A stretch of 64,000 bases of DNA from contig NC_042998.1 in assembly GCF_006345805.1 (NCBI RefSeq), positions 96,906,001 through 96,970,000 on the forward strand, written 5' to 3'. The translations under genes were made by a program, and so were the position numbers. Position 1 is the first letter of the stretch. Each line of letters starts with the position of its first letter. Source of the DNA: Octopus sinensis. Taxonomy: Eukaryota. This document shows, piece by piece, positions 13,601 to 26,200 of this stretch. The notes under the pieces are model-generated. The model was not told the origin of the DNA. It was given only the letters and a program-made list of their open reading frames with translations, and ran no database searches.

Positions 13601-16600
13601 GCATAATGACCCTCCTGAGATACAACAAAATCTGTTTCAACACATGAGTTCATATCAAGAATCTTGTAAACCTAATACGAAAACAAAATATTTTAGCTTA
13701 TTTGCTTTTCTATATTGACATGGTTTTAGACAGGTCTGTTAGTAGAACATCTTACCATGTGTGTTATCTTAAAAGCCAACTTTGGATGGTCACCATTACC
13801 CAAGAACAACAAAACAGAATTCACATAGAATGCATTCTTTAGTAAGGCATTAAGGTACCCTACATGAGAGCACTAGTCATATACTTTGGAAAGAGTATCT
13901 CCAAAATACACACAAACACACATTGTAAGATGTATGCAAAAACACTTTCCATCAGGCATAGGTGTAGCTGTGTGGGAAGAAGTTTACTTCCAAACCACAT
14001 GGTTCGAGGTTCAGTCCCATTGTGTGGAAGGCAGTGCCCCAGCATGGTCACAGTCTTATGACTGAAACAAGTAAAGGATTAAAGATAAAAGATCTATTTG
14101 ATAAGTAAACCCCTTAACACTTTCAATCTCTCACCAGCCAACAACCTAACTGTTCATTTGTCTAACATCTGTTTTTCCATGCTGGCATGGCATAGGTGTG
14201 GGGGGGGGGGGGGCTGAAGCAGGATTTTTATAGCAGATACTTTCTCTGTCACCAATCCTTACCTGTTTTCAAGTAAGAAGGGGAATTCTTTTAACCCAGA
14301 GGAATTCAAAAGTGCAGAACTAGCTGATGATTTGTTGACAGGAAATATCAAGAAATGTCACCATTTGTAATTGTAACTCACCATAGCTCTGTAAACATTC
14401 ACACACACACACACAAATATGCATTGGATCACCAAGTTATCGCTCTACATGCACTTCACCTGTTTGTTTCTTTACTCTGCTCCTGCACCTACCCAAGTAC
14501 ATCATCTCTCTCCTTCCCCCAGTCAGCATTATCATCATTACTACCCTACCACTCGCATCCTTCTAACCTCCCCAACTCTTGCAAATAATTAGGTGACATC
14601 TCCATAACTTTCTTTATCTTGACAAGTCTAATGTTTATTTAAGACAAGCAATTAATAATTGATTAACAGGAAAATTCCAACATATCATCATCATCATCAT
14701 TTTACATCCGCTTTCCATGCTGGCATGGGTTGGATGATTTGACTGAGGACTGGTGAGCCAGAGGCTGCACCAGGCTCAGTCTGATCTGGCAAAGTTTCTA
14801 CAGCTGGATGCCCTTCCTAATGCCAACCACTCCGAAAGTGTAGTAGGTCCTTTTACATGCCACTGGTACGAGGGACAGTCAGGCGGTTCTGGCAACCACA
14901 CTCAAAAGGCGCTGGCAATGATCACCTTCGAATGTTGTTTTTCCTGTTCCACCAGCACATGTGCCGGTAAAGCAACGCTGGCAACGATCACGCTCAAATG
15001 GTGCTTTTCACATAGTTTGTAATAATTTCAGAAATAAATTTAAAGAAATTATATCTTACCTTTGTAACCTCTGATTTGTCCCCACTTAAACGCTTGTTTT
15101 CTGCTCTTAATGCTTCAATATATGTTTGCAAATCATCAACACGAGCCTTTATTAAAGTATGGAAGTAAAGGAAATTATATAAGAATCGACAATGAATCAT
15201 GTGAAAATTTTTATCTCTAAAAATTGAGTTCAAATATAGTCTCTCCATAAGTGCAGGAACAAAATTTGTTTAGTAGTTGCATAACTAGGTCCAACTCAGG
15301 ATGTTCAAAGTATTTTCACTGGCCCCAAAAAAACTTTATGACCCATGACCAACACCAAAAAAATTTAAAATATGCTTACACTTCCTGCACACCCTGTCTC
15401 CAAGCCTATGAGTCTCTCCACAAATTTCATAAAAGATACAACTATATAGTCTGTTTTAACCTCTATTAGCACTACTAGCATCCTTAGCTAACTGCAAAAG
15501 CTGTCTGTTCAAACTCACATCCATTACACTGCATCCATATATAACCATTAATGTTTTTAAATATCAAAAATGAACATTATCTTAATAGAACATAATAACA
15601 TTAATACAATCTTCCTAATTCCTATAATTAATTCAGCTCTCACCATATTATTTGTGTATCTTTACCCAATTTTCTACCATCTTTGTTTCTCTGCCCATTA
15701 CTATATTGCCTTCTTAATATTTGTTATACACACTCTCTCACACACACATATTTCTGTCAAAACAGAAAGGAAATATCTAAGGCTAAAATATTATCAAAAT
15801 TATTTGAAGAGGTAAGCACCTTAACATAGAAAGACCTATTACTGATGTCCTGCAAAAGTTATCAACAGTAATCTTATTATGTTCCCCATCTAATAAATCT
15901 GAAGACTTATGCCTATAAAAGAAAGCAACATTCTAGCAAATAAAAAAAGAAGTATTGTTAAACCATCTAACTTGTTGTTGTTTGTTCCTTCTCGAGCCAT
16001 GCCTGGCTCATAAGGGCCGGTTTCCCGGTTTCTTGGCATATAGGTTCCCCACCTGGACGGGACGCCGGTCCATCGCAGGTGAGCTGCAAGATGCAGGAGG
16101 AAAGAGTGAGAGAAAGTTGTGGCGAAAGAATCAGCAGCAGTTTCTCCATTACCGTCTGCCAGAGCCGCGTGGAGTATAGGTGTTTCGCTCATAAGCACAC
16201 ACATTGCCCGGTCAGAGATTCGAACCCACGATCCCTCGACCGCGAGTCCGCTGCTCTAACCACTAGGCCATGTGTCTCCACAAATCATCTAACTAGAATT
16301 CTCTAAGTCCAAACCTCTGCTTCCCCATTTTATGTTTTCATTAAAAATAAATTGTCAGCTGAGAACATTAAAAGACACATTGATTTAATTGTTAAAGTAG
16401 ATAATAGTTAAAATTTACCTTTAAACGAGGTACATCTTTTTTGGCTTCTTCCATTTCAAAATGAATTTCAATGTTTTCTTTTGATAACTGCAACAGTTGT
16501 TTCTGTAGATCATGGTTTTTCTCAAACAATGTCTGATATTCCTTACAGTTTATGTTGTCCTGAAAAAACAAAAGGATGAATAAAATAATATCAAATTTGG

Positions 16601-19600
16601 AAGAGAAGAAATATTGGTTTCAAATTCTGACACAAGGCCAGCAATTTCAGAAGAGGGGATAAGTTGATTGTATTGACCCCATGCTGGCAAGGATTGGATG
16701 GTTTGACTGGGGACTGGCAAACCAGCGGACTGCACCAAGCTCCAATCTGATCTGGCAAGGTTTCTACAGCTGGATACCCTTCCTAGCACCAACCACGCTG
16801 AAAGTGTAGTGTATGCTTTTTACATGCCACAAGCATGGGAGCCAGTCAGGCAGCACTGGCATCGACCATGTTCAGATGGTGCTTTTTATGTGTCACCGGC
16901 ATGAGGAGCCAGTCAGGTGACACTGGCATCGACCCACACTTGAATGATGCTTATTATGTGCCACCAGCATGGGTGCCAGTCAGGTGGCACTGGCATCGGC
17001 CATGACTACAATTTCCATTTTGATTTCAATCTTGACTTGATTTTGATTAAGAAAATATTTCTAATTTAGTTGTAAAAGAATTTTGTGACAATAACTCCTA
17101 GAGAGAACATGCAAATCTAACACAGGATGAGCTGTGATTTTAATTGTTAGATACAGAATGTTTTCTAAACAGTTTTATTGAGAGTTAGCATACAATATTT
17201 TAACTGCACCTAAGTTAATGAAAAGTCTTCAGTTGTAAGACCCTTCAGCTCATAATCCAACAATTATTTCAGATCAAATGCAAAAAAACTTTCTCATGTA
17301 AGATTAATTCACATTTTCTACAGTGTGTTACATAACTATACTTAACATAATAAAGGGGATGGTTGATAACAGAGAAAATATGCAATAAATTTTATTTAAA
17401 TTTTACATAAATATTATTCAATCCTCTTTAAAAAGATTTCAATGTTTTCTACATTTTTAAAATGTTTTTTTACAAGCACATGGTCATTTTTCAATTGGTT
17501 AGACAAATTAATACTCAGTATTGATGTAAGCAATTTCTTTCAAAGTATGTATGCAGTTCTGTGGATACTTGAGGTACATTACAATTCAAAGTCATAAATT
17601 ATAAATCCTAGCTTCAGAACTATATATATTCTAGTCATTTGAGCATCCTTAACTTTAAGTGTTCTCCTCTAAGTGAAATTTAAAATATGAAAAGCAGCCA
17701 CGTCTGCAATTGTTTCCTTTGCATAATTAAACCAAGGTTTATTATGTAAAGGATACAACTGCAGACAAAATTCCAAGACTGGGTTAAGGGTTAACAAATA
17801 AAGGTTAAGATACTGATAATTATTTGAAACTAGCACATATCAGCTACACTACAATATTTAATTGTTAAACGATGATGATGATGATATGCTTACTTTCTTG
17901 GTGACTTATTATTGAAGTAATCAGTTCCTAAAGATTACATTTTTTTTTTTTGGAAGATCTTTATCAAAGTATAAACCTTTTCTTTGAAACAAACCTTTCC
18001 TTCCACGAATTTAGAATCAAGTGCCTTTTTTAATTCTTCAACTTGTTTCAAAAGATGTTTATTTTCTTCAGCAACTTCTTTAACCATTTGATCTTCATGT
18101 TTTGATAATTTTCGATTCAGTTTTGAAATCTGTAAACACCAGAAACAACAAATAAGATTTTTATAAAAGATTCTTTTTTTTAATTTTCATATTTTTTTAA
18201 CACCCTTTCCTTTAAATCTTATAAAATCAGCTGTAATCAACTGTGTCTGTAAGATATTTCTCTAAGAATCACTAAATCTATTAAATGGTACTTTTGACTG
18301 TTCAAAATATGGAGAATTCTTCAGGTAAAACATTAAAAGCAAAAACTAACTTCTTCTGATTGTTTATAATTTAATTCTTTTAGTTCTTCCAGTTCATAAA
18401 TATGCTTCAGATCATCAACAGCAGAACTTGAAGCAGAGAAAGGCTTGGCTCTAGGAACACTTTTCGTTTTATTTTCATGGATTTCTTTTTCTCTGTTTGA
18501 TCTGTAATAAGAGAGGAAAATGATAAAATAAATTTAGATATGTTACATCAGAGTAAAGATATCTGGTTAAAAAAAGAAAGCATTATTAACAGATTTTATT
18601 AGCAGATAATCAGAACAGATTGTACAATTAAATTTAAACAAATAATCTGAAATAATATGGAATTTTGATGCATTAACCTTTTTGTTACCAAATTTCTGTT
18701 GAAATACACTCTTTGTTTCAATTATGAAAATAATGAAGAATTTAGTCAAATAGCTTTGTCATTATTAAGCCTTTAGCATTTAAACAAGCCATATTTAGCC
18801 TAAATGTCCTACCTATTTTATGTTCAAACTGGTCAAATGTGGCCCCTCACACCTACCCCACAATGTCGTTCTAAAAATAATCACATCATTGAAATCTCAA
18901 AGCTACAAGATAATGCATGATTAATTCAGAACAATGTGAATAAATATGCATTACATTTGACAGGCTACTCTGAATGCTAAAGGGTTAAGCTGATGTTTGG
19001 AACATAGATTAACACTAAATTTTGATGGAAGGTTTAAATTTAGATCACTTTCAACATGACATATCATAGAACAAAGGCCAGTCTTGAATGGACTGGTATC
19101 AACAGGGTTAAACTGAATGAAAGTTCACTAACAAGAAGGAAAGAATAATCCTCCAATAATTAGCAAAACTCAGCATCTGAATTTCAATAAACGATAAAAT
19201 CATTAATATTAATAAATAAATACCTGTCCAATGCAATCTTAAGTCGTTTTACTTCCTTCTGAAATCTTTCATTTTCTGATTCATAATCTTTAATTTTAAC
19301 TTTCATTTTTTCCACAGTTTTTTCCCATTTTTTCTTTTCTTCCCATTTTATAACTTCAACATTCTACATAAAGAAATGTAGAACAAAAGTAAATTACATC
19401 AACATGACAGATGTACGAAATACAAATTTAAATATTACATCATAAGATTTATCACCTTTGGTTTCTCTGTTTTCATTTGTTCATAAGGTTTCTCAGCTTG
19501 ATGTTGGCGGGCCTTTGATTCTTCTTCTAGGTACAAAACTTTTCTACGCATTTCACTTAATTCTTGGCCTTCACTTTCTTGCAACTTCTATTACAATAAA

Positions 19601-22600
19601 AATTTGATTAAATAATAATTTCAAACATTTGTATTGTTTACATTATGCATTTCCTAATTCATTTCATTCAATAAACCCTCCTTCAAAAGATATGGTGTTT
19701 TTTCTTGATGGGTGGGCTGTTAGGAAAAAAGAACATAGGTGTCCAGAAGCACAGTGGTAGGTGCAACATATGGGCCAAGTATAGATGAAAGATGTAAGAT
19801 ATAGAGTCCTTTAATGTAGTAAATGAAGAGACAGGTAGGAGGATAATAAAAGAATTGGAATTTTCTAATGGACTTCCACTTCATGGAATTTTTCCCTCTT
19901 TCATATGTTTATTTAATACTTTGACACCTTTTCAAATAACTAAATAACACACCAGCTTCACCCACCAGCTCCACTCTTCTAATCTGAGAACCTCTCTATG
20001 TGGCAGGCAAGTTTGTTAGAGCATTGGATAGCATGGTCTCTTGCAGTATTTGTTCCAGTTCTCTGTAATCTAAGTTCAAAGCCTACCAAGGTCAACTTTG
20101 TATTTTATTCTCTCAGAGCAGTAGATTTCATCTAGCATATACCAACATGGACAAGACAGACATAAAACTGATGATGACAACAATGATGATAATAATGATG
20201 ATGGATGGCAGAGTTGTCGCTGCCTCTGTCACCACCATCATCATCATAGTCAAATCTTTCAGCATGCAGTGATTGTTAAATTGAAACACATTTGTTCCTT
20301 TCTCTTTCCATTTTTCTCTCCTCATCTATTCTTTCTTTAGAGGAGCATAAGACTGTTCACAAAAACATATAAAACTTTTCCTTCTAGTTTTTTCTGAGTG
20401 TAAACCTAATGCATTCTCTTTGTTTTTGGTGGCGGGGGGAGGGGGGTTACCATGTCTTCATTTTTTTTTTTTATGTTTTTCTTTGCACTGTAACTAATGC
20501 ATTTTGATATAAGAACATACTTAACTCTGTATTAAAAAAAGTTGACTTGTAGATACCTGTGAACTTGCTTTCATTCTTTCAATTTTCTTCTCCAGTTCAG
20601 TAATCTGATGATTGTTTTGCTGCTTTTCTTGTTTTAGCTTCTGAATTAAGGAATTTTTCTTTTCTGAGAATGATAACAGTTTAAAACAATTACTACCAGA
20701 GATACAGCAGTCTATCATACAATAATGATAATTAGCAGTCTACAGTACAGTAATAATTATAATAGCCTGTGGCTATCTTTCACAATCAAGTTTCACTTAA
20801 TAATATATACCATGCTTAGGGTGGCAAGCTGATAGAATTGTTAGTGTACTGGAAAAAATGCTTAGCAACATTTCTTCTAACTTCACATTCTGAGTTCAAA
20901 TGCCACAGGGGTCAACTTTGCCTTTCATCTTTTTGGGGTCAGTAAAATAAGTACCATTTGAGATCAATATAATTGACTTGCACTCTCCCCTGCAATTGCT
21001 GGCCTTGTGTCAAAATTTGAAACCAATGTCTACCATGCTTTCAATTATTGTTTTAGGTGTGCCATGTAATCACAAGCAAACACAGACATCCTCCTGACAG
21101 CTTCTGCCTTTGACTCAACTGAATATCCAGGATGTGAAAGCTGCCTACATACAATAATTATCTTCTAATATAATAATGAGCATAGTGTTTTTATGTATTT
21201 GTACATGAATATATATTTGTCCAAAATCATGCAAGAGTGAAATGTTTAAGGGAGAGGAGAGAAAATAGTAATTCAGTGAAGGAGTAGTAGTGAGAGTAAG
21301 AGCCATGAGTGGGGTCCAAATTGCTTATACTTCTTCAATATGTCAAATATCTTTACAGTTTTTTTATGCAATTCCTAATACTACTTAATTCTAAAAATAT
21401 GAGATTTTTTTAAGCATCAAATGGCTATGAGAGTCCACCCAAGTAAAATAGGAATTGAAGGGGTCCATAGGTTAAAAATGGTTGAGAACCAATTGTCTAC
21501 AGCATAGTAATTCTTAGAAGTACTCCACAACAGGGGTCCCTAATCACCAGGGCATGGATCAGCACCTGATTTTAAATTTTACTTCATTTTATTGACTATC
21601 ACAATTAGCAGGGCGTTTTTACATTATATATCTCTATATATATAAAGCTGAAGTTGACTGTGTATGGCAGGTTTCAACTAACACTATATCCTCCGAAACC
21701 CTGCGGTGGAAGTTGACCAAAATTGAGAATATGATAGAAGGCTTGCTCTTCCTTCCATAGAAGAAAAAATTCAAATCAGACCACGTTAACACCAAAAATT
21801 ATTTACATCAAAAAGGAGCTTTTTTTTTTATGAAAATCCCTCTTTTTTATGATTTTTTGACTGCCATGTCGCCATTTTTCAGTGTATCTCAACTAGAAAA
21901 TTGTTCACTTAAAGGGAATAACAAGCTACATAATGCAAAATTTTTACTTTTCAAAAATTCCAATTCTAAAGGGTCGAAACAAACCCGAGCAACGCCAGGT
22001 GATACTACTAGTGTATTATAAATGTAATAATTAAATTATATATTATGCATTTTATTGTTGTTTTGTTACGTATGTGATTCCCTGATCTGTGGGAAAATTG
22101 TCTTGCATAAAACTAGTCCATGGTACAAAAATAGTTTGGTGACTGTTCAGTAGTACAGTTATGGTTATAATGATCTGCAGTACAGTATTTACTTCAATCA
22201 ACTACATTAATGATTATAATAATATTCTATAAACAGGCTTAAAAAAAGAAGACACTTCTGTTGTCAGCCTACACACACACACACACACTATGTACATACA
22301 GATAAAGAAGAGATTTTTTAACAATAAAGTTAGCAAATCTATAAATTAATATTTGTGCATAAATTAGAGATTCATATAACCAATGCTTATATCAGTTTTC
22401 AGAAGCATTAACTTGATGACAATAGAGACAGGAGGTATGTTTGGTGAAGAGAGAGACTTTCTTGAAAGAATTCAACTCTCTACAGTAAGTCAACAAAATA
22501 TTTATCAATTCCTCAATGTCACAACTTCCAATGCCTATTTAGAACAAGATGCATCAAGGAGGGAACCTGTACATGGTTGCTCAGTTTGCTAGAAACAACA

Positions 22601-23171
22601 GCCAAATCTCCCTTAAATCACATTTCACTGTCCTAAATAAGGAGGGACACATTAGATATTATAGTCCTTAGATAGCTCTCATAAAAAACAGAATGACTAT
22701 GGTTCAAATGTTTTTGATTATAGCTCTACTCCTTTAGAGCTGGTCAGATGCAAGACAACAGCATCAACAACTCAGAGCTAAAGCTAGTATTTTTCTAAAA
22801 ATTTATTAAATTAAACCTTACCAAGTTTCTCCTGCAATTCTCCCAATTCAGACTGTAAATTAGCTTCTCGCTCATGCTTTTTCTTCAAGTCTGATTTCAG
22901 TTTTTCATTTTGGCTTCGAATTTCTTCGATTTCACTCTGAAATATTTTCAAATAATTATTTTTATTATTAATATTATTATTATTATTAATATTTTTATTA
23001 TTAATATAGGCACAGGAGTGGCTGTGTGGTAAGTAGCTTGCTTACCAACCACATGGTTCCGGGTTCAGTCACATTGCGTGGCACCTCGGGTAAGTGTCTT
23101 CTACTATAGCCTCAGGCCAACCAAAGCCTTGTGAGTGGATTTGGTAGACGGAAACTGAAAGAAGCCTGTCG

Positions 23172-23210
<39 letters not shown>

Positions 23211-26200
23211 GTATGTATATGTTTGTGTGTCTGTGTTTATCCCTCCAACATCGCTTGACAACCGATGCTGGTGTGTTTACATCCCCATCACTTAGCGGTT
23301 CGGCAAGAGAGACCGATAGAATAAGTACCAGGCTTACAAAGAATAAGTCTTGGGGTCGAATTGCTCAACTAAAGGTAGTGCTTCAGCATGGCCACAGTTA
23401 AATGACTGAAACAAAATAAAGAAATATTTTTATTAGTGTTAGTATTTGTATTTTCCTTCTTTCAATTTTGTTTCCAGTTCTTGTCTTTGACTGTGATGGA
23501 TGAAACAAACTAATGACCATGTCTTCACATTAATATTTCACATTTTTATAATTGAATTAGATGAGGCATTGACATGGCTGTGTGGTTACGACGTTTGTTT
23601 CTCAACCATATAGTGTCAGGTTCAGTCCCACAGCATGGCAACTGAGGCAAGTGCCTACTACAGACACAGGCCAACCAAAGCATTGTGAGTGGATCTGGTA
23701 GATGGAAATTGAAAGAAGCACATTGTGTGTGTATGAGAGAGGGAGAGTATATTTGTTTCCTTGCTTGACATCACATAATAGTTGTAAATGAATGTCACTG
23801 TCATACAAGCAGTGTCATTCATTTCAAATATTCTGCTAAAACACATGCGAGGGTTGGCAACAGGAAGGACACGTGGTTTTAGAAAATCTACCCCATTAAA
23901 CTTTGTCAGACCCATGGAACCATAAATTAAAATATGATACTCACAGACAAATTTTCTGTTTGCTTATCAATTTTCTTTTTTATTTGTGCCTCTTGTTGCT
24001 TCCCTGCTTGTTGTATTTGTGTAGTTAGTTCTGTTTGTTCCAGCAAATCAGTGCGAATTTTAGACAATGCTTTGTTCAAGGCCTAACAAAAGGAAAAATT
24101 TTACTCAAATAAGAAAACATTAAAAAACTGAAATTATAATTTCTCAGACTATAATAACTTCATCTTTAAAAATGGTGACCTTTTCAATATTTACATCTAC
24201 ACGCAAAGATCCCTTCATATCTTAAGATGGGGTTAACAGCATAAATTATATACTTATTAATAACTTATCTCAGCTACTTGACTATTTTAATTCTACTAGA
24301 GCCTCTATTGGTCAACACTGATCATGTATCTGCACATGTACTTGCAAGCATGGTCAAGGATTCTATAAGTCTGGCAGTTTCCCAAGTATGCAAAACTCCT
24401 CTCTTCAGGCCACAATGTTGTCCGAAGAACAGATCATTGCCTTACAGCTGCTGATATAGCTCAGCACCATTGTCACTGCAAGTGTTGCTGTCAGGACACA
24501 AAGAGCTAGAACAGCTACCACAAAGCATCTCGTCTGACATTCCAACACTTCTGCCAATTGTCCTACATTAGTACATTTTCACTGACTCCAAAAGAAAGAC
24601 CAAGTACAGCAAGTCAGAACAAATACAGTAAGGCATTCTATCCAATGTTCTAACAACTCTAACAATTATACCATATATAACTTGACTCAAAGAACTAATG
24701 ACCAGCTTTAAATTTAGTTATAATGGAGGGAAAGTTTACTGTTGAGTGAGCAGGAAAACAATATTAATCAAGACTATACACAAAACAACATATTCTTTTC
24801 TACTCTAGGCACAAGGCCCAAAATTTTGGGGGAGTGGGGGGCAGTCAATTAGATCAACACCAGTATGCAACTGGTACTTAATTAATTGACCCCAAAAGGA
24901 TGAAAGGCAAAGTCGACTTCAGATGAATTTGAACTCAGAATGTAAAGACGACGAAATACTGCTAAGCATTTCACCCGGCATGCTAACATTTCTGCCAGCT
25001 CGTTGCCTTCACAAAACAACACATTATCAAACAGATTTTGTTTGAAAATGAAAAGAAACTATCAAAAGAGGTACAGTGTTAGCTATATAAACAGTGGATT
25101 ATATTCAAAGCTTTTTTTTTTTTTTACTTAACAATAGTCTTCAATTCTTCAAACAATGAATCCTTAACTCATCTTCCATTTTTTTTTAAAATTTGATAAA
25201 AATAGATTCTAACCTGAATTTGGTTTTCTTTCTGCAATAATTGATTCCTTAATTGTTCAGTCAGTTTTGCCACATTGGCATAAGATGCTCGGCTGTTGGC
25301 TTCTTTTACACAGGAAATTTCTTCTTTCAATATCTGAATTTCTTTTTCTTGCTCTCTAACTTGTTGGGATAACATATTTTGTTCTTTACTCTTCTCTGAT
25401 AATTCTGCATCATGTTTTCTTAACAACCTACAACACATTAAAGTTAATCATTTTCAATAAAACTCAGCAATTGTTTATTTAAATGAAGTGTAAACCAACG
25501 TGGCACTAACCTAATAAATTAAAGTGTAACATATTCCTACCTTAAAATACAGCAAAAATATAAATCTAGTAAAATTGGTGCAGATGTAGCTGTGTGGTGA
25601 AGAAGTTTGCTTCAAAACCACATGGTTTTATGTTCAGTCCCACAATGCATGGCACCTTGAACAAGCTATTATAGCCCTGGACTAACCAAACCCTTGTGAG
25701 CAGATTTGGTAGATGTGTGTATATATACATATGTGTGTGTGTGTATTTGTGTCTCTTTCTCTTGACATCATCTCATGAATGTTATAAATGAATGTCCTTC
25801 ATCTCTAACATTCAGTGAAAATGTGTCTGGCCATGGGGAAATATTACCTTATTTGGAAAGAGGTGAAGGTAAGCAACAGGAATGAAGCTAACAAGGACGC
25901 AAGGATGGATTAGTCAGAAAAATGAGAAGTAAAACTGACCTTGAAGGGATTTTTTTTTAATTCAGAAAATATAAAGAGCCAGAATAAATATTACCTAACA
26001 ATTCTAGCAATCTACCACCTCTAAACAAAATCACACAATGGAAACATTATTTAGAACACTAGCTGAAAGTTTACAAGCAATTTCTCTGCTGTATGATGTT
26101 ACATATCCCACAATTTCTGTCTTACATTTTACTTGTCTGTCACATCTATGATGTTAAGAATGAAATAAATTAACTGGAAATGATGAAATAAATAAATCAC

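Noticed and set aside
16200-16281. tRNA gene on the minus strand
   Set aside because: A and B boxes are present but no acceptor stem closes; it continues into a SINE body with tail and TSD.
17894-17927. 34-nt candidate micro-exon of CEP290 (tttag|...|gtaagc)
   Set aside because: It would shift the frame, the flanking exons already join in phase 0, and the polypyrimidine tract is poor; only junction reads could rescue it as a poison exon.
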